This document shows positions 38,010-50,858 of a stretch of 64,000 nucleotides of DNA, piece by piece. Source of the stretch: Ascidiella aspersa (lineage: Eukaryota); contig OZ004615.1 of NCBI GenBank assembly GCA_963924565.1, positions 21,514,001 through 21,578,000 of the forward strand. The letters run 5' to 3'. Position 1 is the stretch's first letter. Each line of letters begins with the position of its first letter. Below the pieces are notes generated by a model. That model did no database searches. It had not been told where the DNA came from and saw only the letters and a list, made by a program, of their open reading frames with translations. A program made the translations under genes and the position numbers.

Positions 38010-38354
38010 CAGGGGTTCTTAAACTTTTTTTACCGCGGACCCCTAAAATTTTCTTTTATCTCGCGTGGACCACTGTAGGCAAAACCAAAAAAAATTAAAA
38101 AATGACGTTATAAATTGACGTCACAGTACAAATAGACTTCATAAATTTGCTGATTTTGGTCCAAAATTGTGAAAGTGAAATAGAGTCTAAATACATTCAG
38201 TGCAAAATCGTTTTATTTTTAATTAAATTGATTTCTTTAATAAATTGATTACTTCTTAAATAAACACTAATATTTCAATTAGACCTTCATGGACCCCCTA
38301 AAACTAGTTCACGGACCCCCAAGGGGTCCATGGACCCCTGTTTAAGAACCCCTG
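38010..38354 (-). mobile_element. hAT MITE, inverted copy of 36799-37095, nested in an older fold-back MITE (~37912-38408)
   Basis: TIR caggggttcttaaac / gtttaagaacccctg; perfect TSD ctatatac. Confidence 0.92.
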
Positions 38355-39657
38355 CTATATACAATATACTTACAGACTTTCATATTCAATTCAATCTATA
38401 CGTCTCACTTTAGCCTCTAGCCATTATGCTTCAAAGGTATTTTTCTGTTTATGTAGCATTATTTGATAAACTAGCTTGACCCGGCGTATAAACGTTTCCA
38501 AAAAGTAATTTAACATGGTCTATTCAAGTTAGTATCATAAAGAAGTTTTCTCAGCTATAATGTAAGCAGAATATGTGCATATACCTCGGTAAATTAATAG
38601 TGGCATAATTTGCCGGCCAATGACGCCAATCTGATTTATTTTTTCTTGTTGTTGTGCCAATCTGATTCAATTACACCATCTAATCTTTTTTGGGAGCACT
38701 GCCACCCTCTAGCGAGCGAATCCATTTTCAAAGTCTGCCCGCTGGGTGGAGCTAAACATTAGAATCGTAAAGATAAATCAGTTAATCATAAAATAGAAAA
38801 CCATCTAGGTCACAGGGCAACTCATTGAGTCGTTATCACGCGGTATTCGGTGTATTCTGTTGGTTCGTTATTTTAACGATTTTCACCTCAAACGGTTCTG
38901 GTGGCGAATCGCCTTTCTTGTTGGCCGCGATTGCTTTTACAGCCGCGGCTCAGTTTGCAAACAGCAAACACCGAACAGCTAGGCTAACTTATCGTCGCTT
39001 TTTACGGCGTTGCTGAAATGACTTTATCGTCGCCCCTGTTAAGCAATGAAACGGGTTTGTTTTACGGCAGAAATGTCCGCTCTGCCTACCTCGAACGCTT
39101 TTGTTTCACCCAAGTACGTAACGGTATAAGGACATCATAATAACGTAATAATGATAGATTGAGAGTGCCATTTAAATATTAAAGGAGAAATGTAAACAGC
39201 ACGCGTTTATAAATTAAAAAAGTCTAGTCTTCTGCAAACCTTATGAGGTTTTATTTCTTTTAAAATTGGGTGTTGTTTGATATTTTATCATGACAAAAAA
39301 AAGCGTTGCTAATGTGGTGAATATTTGAGCGGAACAACAAAAAAAACTTTTGGAGTGTTTTTTTCATAGAATATTATTAAATTGCCTTGTTTTATGACCA
39401 ACGTGCAGTAGAACAACAGATAAACCGATTAAAACCTGATTTTTCATTAAAACGATACATATGCCATCACAGTTTTTTAATAAAACTTTGGATATTATGA
39501 CACACAGTGGCTGTGGGACCATTTATGCTACCTAACCCTTTCTGCTATACAATTGCGTTTCACTGTTATTCAAACCTGACAATATAACCAACTAGTTTAA
39601 AACGTGCAGTTTGCATTATCTCTGTTACGTAACAAGCGCTCGATTGTCTTAACGCAG

Positions 39658-39788
39658 TCCAATCAGCAACGCTCTCGCCCCACCACGCCCACCATCCCGC
39701 ACCAGGAGTAGCTTCGAGTCCGTCTCCCGACGTTTATCTCACGGTTTTGAGCTCGCTCAAGCATTAAGACAGAACTCGGCCGAAAGAG
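39658..39788 (+). CDS. TNS: Tensin exon H
   Basis: Acceptor gtcttaacgcag, donor AGAG|gtaagg; phase 2-1; PPRPPSRTRSSFESVSRRL resembles recalled TNS1 PPAPVRGGSSREAVQRGL. Confidence 0.85.
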
Positions 39789-39831
39789 GTAAGGACTGTC
39801 TTGTTTTTAAGTGAAGAATAGACTTTCCACT

Positions 39832-40232
39832 TATCTCTGAAAAACATTCTAGTGAGATCTATCCACAAAATATAAAAAATGTGTCCCTTAACCTGACTAA
39901 ATTTTCACTCATGTCAAAAACTGTGAAAACAGCATCGTAAGAGTCTTTTTAAACTTGCAATCGTGTCCTTCTATCTCTGCAAAACATTCTACGGCAATCT
40001 ATGTGAAAAAAATCAATTTTTTACCCCTAAATCCAAATATATTTTTAATCATGCCGAAAGCTATGCAAACAGCACCGTTAGAGTGTTTTCGAATTTGCCA
40101 TGGATCCCCGTATCTCTGCAAAACATTCTAAGGCGATCTATAAAAAAAATTAAAAATGTTTGCCTATAAACCCAAATTTATTTTCTCTAATGCCAAAAGC
40201 TGTAAAAACAGCATTGTAAGAATGTTTTTAAT
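39832..40232. repeat. Tandem repeat, ~140-bp unit x3
   Basis: tatctctg.aaaacattcta..aaacagca..gt.aga at 39832, 39972 and 40111. Confidence 0.88.
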
Positions 40233-40942
40233 TTGCTACTGTAAATTGTTTTCTTTAATCGATAATACCAACCAAATTTCTGCATACCTTTATGCTGTTT
40301 TATCTTGTGTGCTTTTGACGTGTGGTTGTTTTTTGCGTTACGAGTGTATGTCAGATTACGATGTTGTGTGCGCTACGGACCCTGAATGTATCGGTTGATG
40401 TTACAACAGAACAGTCGAGAACATCACTTGAAATGTGTCGTTGACACGCCATTTGCAAACACTGGCGCATAATTCAGTTGTCGGGCCTATACTTAAGGCC
40501 CTTAAACTAAGTGTACTCGTGTGCTGTTTAACGCAGTCGATATGTATACACTGTCTATAAATATATATTTTTTAATAATATAAAATTCAGCTATGTTCAG
40601 TTTTAACGTAGGCTGTTGTCGCTGCGTTCTTTGCCATTGGTCATTGTGCTACTTTTAAACTAGAGCCTTATCGATAGTTATGACGTAAAATAAAGTAATT
40701 TTTTGACATCTGGAATCTTTATACCCTTAGTTTCGGTTGAACCGGTTGGTCGTACGTTAAATCCACATGCGTGAATCTAGCAAATGGATAAAAAGATTAC
40801 GAAATGGCGAAGTTAGTTTTTTTGAACAGCTTGCTACTTTTGCTGTTTAACCTTGAAAAATGTTGAGTGCAATGATTTATATGCTTACCAATAACGCGCC
40901 GAACAGCCGTACCGATTTCCCTTGTTTTAAGAGATCCCAAGT

Positions 40943-41363
40943 CAGTGTTGTACTGACTTAGGTCAATGACTTGACTTGAGTGCACTCAAGTCACTTGACT
41001 TAAGTCTTTTCGACAAATTACTTGGGTAGAAATGCAGTGTTTTCATTAAGCATTATTTTTGTAAAATGGGGTATTTTATCTCAATTTGTGCATGTTAAAC
41101 GATAAGCTTGTGTACGTTGCATTTTGTGTTATTTTTTAGTTGACTTATTGCTTATAATTATGGATTATATTCGAAGAAGTTTACCAATTTTAATGGTTTA
41201 ACGTTTAATTGTAACGACAAGGACTTAACTTGGAATTGACATGCTCATATTATGACTTGACTTAGACTTTTGTTATTTATTCAAAAATACTTCACTTAGA
41301 CTTAAGTTCTTCTACAAACGACTTAAATTGAAGTCATTCCAAAATGACTTGTTTACAACACTG
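40943..41363 (+). mobile_element. gacttg-repeat MITE, copy 2
   Basis: Same TIRs; TSD tcccaagt / ccccaagt. Confidence 0.85.
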
Positions 41364-42703
41364 CCCCAAGTACGCTCGTTCGCGCAAACTTTACGTCACG
41401 AGAAAACACATTCCGGCAAAGCCTCATTGCCCTTGTTCACCCAATCTAATTCGGCCACACCCCAAAACCCATTTACGTCGAAGCCCATTAGGCGGTCAAC
41501 TTGGCATTGGCGCTTGTTTATTACGACTTTATGCGTTTCTACCCTTCAAATTGAACTCTAGTCTACTAGGTAAGGAATAAAGTTTAATCGACTAAAAACA
41601 ATTCTCAAGTTGACGTCAAAGCCGAACCCTTTTGCCTGTTGTTTTGCCGAACAGTGGAGATAGTGTTTGGGCTGTTTGTTTGGGCTGGGAGGTAGGTAGG
41701 TCTCAGTGAGTTGAAAGCTGGTATAGGGTGAGCAAAGTGCTGTTTGAACTTTTGAACGTTTCCTGTTTAGAGAGGGAGAGAGTTATAAGCCCTGGAAGGC
41801 GCCCAGGTGCAGCGTGATCGCAAGGCTGTTTTCGTTACGCTAAATTACGGTAATGATTTCAAGGGAGCTGTATAAACAAGACGAACGAGCTGTTGTTTTG
41901 TGTGCTTTTAAACCAATTCTAACCTTAGGTCGACTATTTCCGTGTTGTTTTCTTGTCATATTTAGTAATTTCTAGGTCAAACTGGACTAACAAAACGTTA
42001 GCGTTCAGAAAAAGTTTGTAAAAGTTATTTGTCGAAAAGCGAGATAATAGGTGGTTGTTAAAAATTGTTTTTACATATAGCTCCTAGAGTTGTTCGATAT
42101 TATAACGCTCCTGCGTCGATTCTATTCTAGGACTAAACTCAAAAACGCAAAGGGTAAATTTCAACATTGATAATTTTGCAAGCAGGATTCAGATTACGTA
42201 ATTTCCGAACAGGCAGTATGAACAAAACGGAGTAACGTCGTAATCACCTGGTCTCCCTATAGTTGTCGAATTTCGCGCCGTTTTTGGAGCGCACGGCGTG
42301 CAATGCGAGACGGCGAACATATCCAATCAATGGCGGCCCGATTTGTTGTGAAAACTAAAGGGGCGCTTTCGGCCCTAGTGATTTTCGAAAGTGGCCCGCA
42401 ACTCCATTATAAATTTCAAAGGTGCTATGGCCCTGCTTTGCGCTTTGATGGGCGCTCGCTCCGTTTTCGGTGCTTTGTAACACGACACGCCTGGCATGAC
42501 GCGAACACGCAAACGCAATGAGGGTTAATTAGGTTTTCTGTTCTTCCATAAGCGAAAACTGCGATTGGCGAAGCCCGGGATAAAGGCTATTCACATCAGT
42601 ACACTTTAGGAGCTAGAAGGTTTGCATTTTAAAGTGTTTAAACTTTAAACAAGTCTAAATTAATTTAAAAAAATTGGTACATACTAAATCGTAGCGTCCA
42701 GAC

Positions 42704-42921
42704 CAGGGATGTTAAACTGGGGTCCGTTGACCCCCTTAGGGGTACCTGGTCTAATTTTAGTGGATCCATGAATGTCTTATTAAATTCTTAGTGGTCAATT
42801 TTAAAAGTGAAACAAATTTTGTAAAAGAAAGGAGTTCAATTGAGCCAAAAAGTTTGGCACCTTCTTCTTGTAATTAGACTTCATTGCAGGGGGTCCTCGT
42901 TAAAAAAAATAATAACCACTG
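42704..42921 (+). mobile_element. hAT MITE (related family, degenerate)
   Basis: cagggatgttaaactggggtcc..aataaccactg; TSD gtccagac / gtctagac. Confidence 0.78.
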
Positions 42922-43364
42922 GTCTAGACCATTTTTAATATGTAAACCATATGCGATATTATCCTTCCAAGTTTATATTTCCATCACGCTTTCTATTAGA
43001 TGGCAACATCAAATTAGTCAAAAATAACAAACCGAATATCTTAATACCGTTGGCTGGGCATTTGTTATTCCATATCAAGGGTACAAGTGCTACAGCTCGT
43101 GAAACCGGATCCAAAGTCGAGATGCACACGCAATAGGGCGGCTTGTGGTGTACAAATCCAAGTACCCAGGCTAGTTCAGAAAATACCGCGTAAGTGGGAC
43201 GTTATACTACAGGCGGGAAACGAACACAAGGGAAGTTCATACGACCGGAAGTTTCTAAAACCTTCTCAAAATCGATACAATAGGGTAAAATACCCGTTCC
43301 GGAGAACCAGTGGTAACTTGATCTGGTGTCAAACAATAAGGTTTTTTTTTTGCCAAAAACGAAA

Positions 43365-43793
43365 AAGTTTGTAAATAAGTATTTTTGAAATGACGTCCCT
43401 GTCAACGTCATTTGTATAAAACCTAAGTCGAAGTTAAGAATTTTTCATAAATAACAGGTCCCAGTCCAAGCCATCAGTTGCCCAAGTCAAGTACTAGTCC
43501 ATGTCATAATTAGAGCAAGACCCAAAAAAGACGAGAAAAAACCTTATACTTAAAAAAAAATTGATCGTCCGAATAATTATGAGCAATACCTCACCTATAA
43601 AATAACTAAACTATAGCATGGAAATTGTTTTATGTGAAAAAATTAAGATAAAAACAAAAAATTGCTTAATGAAAACACATTATTTTAACGCAACTCTTTT
43701 ATCTAAAAGACTTAAGTCAAGTCAAGTATTTTGTCCAAAATTCATAAGTCAAGTCATTTTGAAGCAGTGACTTGAGTGCACATCACAACACTG
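43365..43793 (-). mobile_element. gacttg-repeat MITE, inverted degenerate copy
   Basis: caagtc units; ends cacaacactg; further fragment at ~52290-52385. Confidence 0.7.
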
Positions 43794-44684
43794 TCGAACC
43801 ATCTTTAACCCTAAAACTGAGGTGAAGTAATAGGAAAACACACTTATCGTTGGGGAGTGTGTCTGCAAGAGATAAATGAGGCGCTTTACTAAAGGAGCGT
43901 CGAGTTCTCGTATAAAGCTTACGGCCTTGACGTCTCACCACGTGTTAGTTGATCAATCGCCCGTTGAGCAAGATTTTATTGACTCACGTCGTGTAGCTTT
44001 TGTCAACGATCAATCAGCGTTTTGTCGGCATCTCGGTTTTCGGTTATTGCTCTTATCTGCGCGTTTTATTGCTCAGGTATGCATTGCTAAACAAAGGCCA
44101 GTTTAAGTGTTTGTTTTAAAACCGCCGGTTTCCTTGCTGTTACCCTATACATGAAAGTCCATTTAGCTTTATTTTTTCCTTTTTTTTTAAGTGGCGCTAA
44201 TTAAATTTAGCGGATGGTTATTCAAGCGGCTAAAACCGTTTCCCTTTAATGCACAGAGGGGTGCAGGGAAATAATAATTGGCCTGATGCGTTTCATATAA
44301 AGTTTATAAACTGTCCAGTGTCCATGTCCATGTAGTCTAAATTACGCATTTTTTTAACGAATTTTAACTAAGGCGGAACTAGATGCATTTTAAATAAAAG
44401 CAACATATTTCGGTAAAAGCCCGGCCACATACATGACCTGAGCGAGCTGTGCGCGCCGAGAATTTTCTAGAACAATATTTCCGAAAGTTGCGGTGATTTT
44501 TTTATACAAACCTTGTTTTGCCTTTAGCTATCCAGCAAACACAGTTTTACCTAAAAATCATATTGAAAAATATAAATATGAATATTTATATTCAGCGATA
44601 TTTACCCTTTACTGTCACAACTTTCGGAGAAATTGCTCTATAAAAATTTTGGCGCCTTAATTTCGCTCAGCTACATACATACAG

Positions 44685-44899
44685 GGGACCTGCTGGCGCT
44701 TCCATTCGAACCAGCCTCGTATATCTCGCTTCACATAGAAGGCGCCGTAACGCTCAACGTAGCAACAACAATATCGACGCGAGCGCATTACGCCGCTGTG
44801 TGGCCTTGCATGAACTCGGCTCGGTCGCTAACCTTTGGCCTCACCGAGACCCGAGACAACAGCATCGGGATTACTGCCGAACCGTTGTGACTGCAGAAG
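44685..44899 (+). CDS. Candidate alternative internal exon with GC donor
   Basis: 71 open codons, locally GC-rich, phase 2-1 like exon H; donor AAG|gcgagt. Confidence 0.35.
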
Positions 44900-47646
44900 G
44901 CGAGTTTTTCGCCGCTTTCGCACGTATTTTGTATTGGCGAGGATATGTTAGGTTGGCTATATGCGTATAGGCGATCGCGGCGCTTGGAAAGCTGGTACGG
45001 CTGTTGTTGTTTTGTTTGGCTTGCGCAGGTTAAGTTGAGAACCTTATCCATTCGCGTAAACGGTCGTTTATTTGCGAATTGCTCTTTTGCAGACAGAATT
45101 TTTGCTGGACCCTTAACCGCATGGGAATACGAAGGTTTTGAAGGAATATTTTTTACGTAAATATATTAGCGTGGCAGCGAACCGGCTTTAATACATAGCT
45201 GTGTTGAGGAGATAAGTCTAGAATCCAGCAACCTATAGTCAAATATAGTTTTCGAGTTGTTATTTTATGGACAGATGTTTTTTTTACTGAAAGGCATCGC
45301 GAAAGGTCAAATTTCGAAACAGACCCTTCAGTGGTTAATTGACAAGTTTCTATACGTGTCTGCAGCCTGGAATCATAAATTCAACTTTTTAAACAGGAGA
45401 TACGCTAAAAATGACAAGTTACAAAACACGCTCTAGGTCTAGGCAAACTTGTCGAATCTGCGCGGTCTGCTAGTGTAGCAACCGCCGAATGTTTTGGGGC
45501 GAGTTAGGAACAACTCGTAAGCCACTCGACCGAGCTACTCAGACTAACACAACACCGCGCCACCGTACAAGTGCAATCGGCAATGCTCGAGTTTTGACTG
45601 ATGCAAGATTTCACGCGGGTCATGTGCTGACAAAGGCAATGTGGCTATACCAAAAAAATGATGGTGCCTAAATAAAGAAGTTGTTGGTATTTTATCTAAA
45701 TGAAGCAAGGATCATTTGACGTGTTTAAGGCTGTTTTGTCAGCGATTTGGTTGTACATGAAACTCGTTTTAAGTATTTAACGACGTTTACAGGTTGTAAA
45801 AGATGATTTTAACTTAGAACCACACGGCAGTCGAGTGTAGAGTAAGATCTAGAAAACTAAACCACACGCATGCCGTATAGGGAAAGCGATTCAGAGACAT
45901 TGTTTATCATAGTATGTTTTATAGAAATAGCCAACCGCCAACATGCCAGATTCAAAGTATAAACGAGAATATTGCATTGGTGTTTGCCATGCAACCCTGA
46001 ACTTCACATTTTAAGGAGGCATTCGTCAGACAACAATGCTTATGCCATGGTCATATAGTGTCATATTTATATGGTGCCATAGCGTGCAGTCGCGCGGCTC
46101 CATTAAGTCAGTGAAATTGTCGCCAATCCGTAAATTGTTTCTCGCTCAATAGAAACCCGTATTTTGCGTGACCTTGGCCCGAGAATTACGAGCGAAACGA
46201 CCTTGGGTTCAAACGTTGTGTCGCTTCGAAGACAATAGAATAAAGAAGTTTAGATTGCGACTCCAATATTCCCCTTTTCATTGGAGCCTATAGTAATTGT
46301 AGTTTTGGGATGAAGCTCTTAGCGATTTTTGATTAAATTACGCCGAAGTTTATTCTGATCGAAGTTTATTCCGAAAAACGCAGCGACGGTCAAATTAAAA
46401 AAAGTGAAAAAAACAGAAAACCTTGCATTTGCCTTATATTTTGTTAGTACGGAATTAGGATTTTTTGGCAGTATTGTAAATTTTCGCATTTGCCATAAAG
46501 CAAGATCTGTTGAAAATATTTACCCGTTGTTTTTTTTTTAGCTACAAACTTTGTGTAAGGGTTTTTAATGGAGTTATAACAGTGTCTGCGTAAGCTAAAT
46601 AGAAATATTCGTACTAAAAAAATTAAATTTTTACCCCCTAAAAATCTCAAAAGGGTTAGCACTAGGGATGTACGATAACACCGAAGCCAACACCAGGTGC
46701 CAAGTTGTTATATCACTACTCGTCCGATACTAGGTAGGTATCGGTACCAAACCGATATCAAATCGTTATCGGAATTTTCTACAGTGTTTGCGATCTAATG
46801 CAGTGATTCTACAATGACAATTTTTTTAAAAATAAATAAGAGTTGAAACTACAGATAAATTAACTTCTTGACACTTAAGCAAATTTTGCCCTGATAACCT
46901 GGAAAATGGTTGCCTTTAAGTTTAATGATTTAAATGTCATCTATTTTAGTTGTATGTAGAACGGACATTCTAAGTTAGCACAAGAAAAAAATCCATGTTC
47001 AGCAGTCCTGCTTAAATTAAAGTCTTTTAAAACCGTTTACTGTTATTGGTGTTTGTACTCTTGCAGAAAGTCGAGCACCGCAATTTGTGAACAAAATTAA
47101 TTAACTTGTAATTTGGCAATACATTAAAAATTTGATCAAACGACTGGATGCTACCGGAAACACAGGCTCGATTGATCCCTTGCAAATGTCGCGAAATCTT
47201 TTAACGTATGTGCAGGATACAAATTTACACAACCGCATTTTCCAAACGCAGTCATCTTAAATATGTTACTCGGTCGCGATCGTCCATTAAATCGAATTGA
47301 CAGCGGTACAGCGTAGGAGAAGTGCGTTTTGCAGGCCGATAACAGCACAAGCCAAATACGGGCTGTGGTTAAAACAACATGCGATTTCGTTTTGGCGATG
47401 CGCAGTTTTGTGTATCTGCACGCGGTTGTGTACCCTACTGCACTTTGTCGAAACACAGAAGTCGCCACTGGATTAAGGGGCGATTTGCTTTAAGTCGCTG
47501 CCGGATTCTATTTCGATTTATATTGGTCCACAGTAATGCCCAAACTAGGTGGATTTGTCTTTTTTGTCCTTTGATGTTTTGGCAGTATCAGTCACCCTTC
47601 GGGCAAATTTAAGTCTCAGGATTCTTAATTTCGCGATATTAAAGAA

Positions 47647-47847
47647 TATAGCTTGATAATAAATCTCAAAACTAAAAAAGGTCGATAAAAAAGGCGTTTC
47701 GATACGCACTTGTATCAAAATCAGTAGATGCGACTGTCACCATCTGTTAAATATGATACAAGCGTGTATCCCAAACGCATTTATCAAGATGATGTCAAAT
47801 TACTCGACCTATTTAACTTTGAGATTCAATCAAGCCATATTACAGAT
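47647..47847. mobile_element. Full two-armed copy of the palindromic hammerhead element (both motifs decayed)
   Basis: Left arm ..gcgtttcgatacgcacttgtatcaaaatcagtagatg, centre cgactgtcac, right arm catctgttaaatatgatacaagcgtgtatcccaaacgc..tactcgacct..tcaagc. Confidence 0.65.
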
Positions 47848-48337
47848 TCGTGCATAGCGCACCTAAAGAATATTTATATGGTAAGAAGACAATTAAAAAA
47901 TATTGCGTTTACACTATTTTTGTTATGCTGTAGCGCTCATTTTTTTTAAGGTTAAACATTGCCGTTTTTAAGATTAAACATTACGTGTTAAAACCTAGAT
48001 GTCAGACACAATGTGTTAAACGTACTCTAACTGGTTTACTGCTACTGTAAGGATATTGCGTTTACAAACCGGGTCCAATCTATTTAGAAGGAGCCAGGTC
48101 AGCCAGATCAACAAATTACCAAACGACGCAAGACACTGTTCTTTCGTAGCACCCGATTACCATCGATTGCAGAAGCTAGTTCGCTGGGCTTAAGTTTTTT
48201 TTTCGCCTCGCGGCTTCGTACCCAGTTGACACTTTCACTTCAGCAGTTAAAAGGCGGCATTTTTTTCGACAAACACTTCTAACCGGAAAGATGCTTGTAA
48301 AATTTTAGAGCATAATAATCGGAATTTGTAGTAATAA

Positions 48338-48540
48338 GACGTAGTAAGAATATCAAAGCCCATACAGAAGTAGGGAGCATTTTTAACGAAAAAAGCTTAA
48401 AAGACGCTTAGAAATTACTGAAAACATTTGGTTTAACAGAATCGAATTTTCGCATAAACTAGACAAACTTAGGTAAATCGTCGGTCAAGAACGTTCAAAA
48501 TGCTCCCTACTTCTGTATGGGCTTTGGTATTTCTTACTAT
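48338..48540. mobile_element. Fold-back MITE, same family
   Basis: gtagtaagaatatcaaagcccatacagaagtagggagcattt / aaatgctccctacttctgtatgggctttggtatttcttacta. Confidence 0.85.
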
Positions 48541-49595
48541 TTTTAAAGTTTTGGCGTTTTTTTTTTTTTGAAGATTTTTAACGTTTTCCGACCTAGAGTG
48601 AACTCGACTGGCCCCGGATCTGCCAATAGCTCGTGAAAATACCGACACTACGCTACCGTCGCCGTAATGTCGTGCCGCAAGTTTTAGCTGCCCTGTTGGC
48701 GCAATAGGCCAAACCCTCCCGGCCTGTGCATGCATTAAATCGTATAAATTTGCCACAGTTCGAAGGCATTTTCGCCCAGATACGCACAAAATGGGTGTAG
48801 TTGTGATTTTATTATGCAGTAATCATTTCAGTTTAGTAATTAAAAACAAACAAAAATGTGTTTGACCTTTTTAAACGTGAGTCACGTTTAATTGTTTTTA
48901 GTAAAATTTTACGCAAAAACAATGTTTTTTGTTACTTTCTTATGCGCAAAAGCAACCTTTTTGTTTATTTTACAAAACAAATTGTTTTCTCTAAAAATGG
49001 GCAAATTGGCAGGGTTCTAGACCGATTAAATGTACTCTTGTCAAAACGAAAAATACAGTGATATTTAAAATCCGATCCAAACGTTATTGAGTTATTATGC
49101 CAAACGCAACTGTAAACCTAGTTGCATGACGCTTAAAAAATTACTGAAACGCTACTCTGCGTTAAACACACCAAACATTTAGTTCAACAGAAATCGAATA
49201 ACTTCCCAAAAACTAGACAAAATTAGGTAAATATAAAAAAACCAAACGCTTTGTGTTTTCTGGATAAAAAATGCATTGGGTGAAACGTTGCGTACCATTA
49301 AGGCAGTTTAAGTCTCTATGATTGTTGCCCCAGAGATCGGCCTCAAGATATAGGGATGGCGATATTGACATGGCAAGTACTGGTGGTCGTACCTACGTAT
49401 AGTGTACAGGTTTGATGAATGCCATTCCATAAATACGTAATACGTATAGTTTTGATTGATGCCATTCCTCGAACGGTAGCAAAATCACTCAGATTAGCGG
49501 CGAACCATTATCATGGGGCTTTAGGCAATGCGCGATTTTATCAGCTGATAAAAGTTTAGCTGTCGATTCTTCTATTGTGAGTGCGGCGAACCCTT

Positions 49596-49597
<2 letters not shown>

Positions 49598-49637
<40 letters not shown>
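49598..49637. repeat. (GT)n microsatellite
   Basis: About 20 uninterrupted GT units. Confidence 0.98.
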
Positions 49638-49638
<1 letters not shown>

Positions 49639-50381
49639 TATTCCCGGATGGACTTGGTCAAATATTTGTGTCCGCCCGTCGGCAGACAACGCCAAAGTGC
49701 GCTTCGGGCATTCGATGAGAATAAGCGACTTTTCCCGCTTTTTTCTCTTGGTGTCCATACCTCGACAAACATGTTGTTTTTGCCCGATGAGATGATTCGC
49801 GACGCGCTGTAGATAGATGTGCCTGCAGTTTAGCTTTATCTCACAGGCGACGCGCTTATTTTGTGATCGAATGTCGGCAACCCTAATTACCGAAGTAATA
49901 GGGATGCAATATGTAAATAGAAATTTGCTTTTAATTAAAAAGAAAACAGGTATCAAGCGCCCTTTGCAAGCGTAATATAGTACAAAAAATACAAATTTAT
50001 TTTTAACTACGGAGAAAGCACTTTTGTCCCCACAAAAAGGACCCACCTCATATTTTTGCCCCAGGGTGTCGTTGGCAGCATCGTGTCTGTACGTACGCTA
50101 AGGCAATGTTAAACTATGTATCAATTAAACAAACTGAGGTTGTACCGTGCCACCGAGGTGTCAAAGTTTGTAGGTATCGAAGATAAAGGAAACTTTACGT
50201 TTCAAGATTTTCGCAAACTCTGCCCGCAAGACGAGCCTCCACAAACAAACTGCTATCAACCTGTCCTTGCTTGATAAGATAACGGTCAGGGCGACATTTA
50301 GCTTTAGCGTGCACACTCCAACAGAAAGGATGGAAAGTACATTGTTAAAGTATCAATATGCAATAAATTTATACCCTATAG

Positions 50382-50858
50382 CAGTCGTCGGCAAACTGTG
50401 AGCCGCTGCTCAAATATGGGTCTTTTGTCCGTTTTTTAGCTGTTGTTTTAATATTCCAGTTTTATCGTGTAGCTGTTGTCCGAGTGATAACCGTACATTC
50501 GTTGTACTGTTTTTAAAAGGTTGGTGTGTTTAAGAGATTTATTGTGGCTCATGTTGTATCACATCAGGTCTATTTAACTATGGAAATACAAAATTGTTTC
50601 GCGCTTCGTAAAACACGCAATGTTTCGGGCTACGCGCATTTAGACTGCATTTTAGCGGCATATTTGCGCACGACTTCGCTCGAGAACAGCAGTTGTTTGA
50701 AGATTAATTGTATTATGACGTAACCAAAATATTTTAAGATTTCCAGCCCCAACAAAAATCCTGGATCCGCCCTGCCCGTTGTCGTAGTGGTTTTCACATC
50801 GTAACAGCTCTTGATAAGACCATTTTAGGCCTCAACAAAAAAAGTTTGCCGACCATTG
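50382..50858. mobile_element. hAT MITE
   Basis: cagtcgtcggcaaact / agtttgccgaccattg; TSD ccctatag / ccatatag. Confidence 0.78.

Noticed and set aside
49489-50046. 185-aa - strand ORF with THTHTH and VCVCVC + strand ORFs
   Set aside because: Artefacts of the (GT)n microsatellite; no coding signal.
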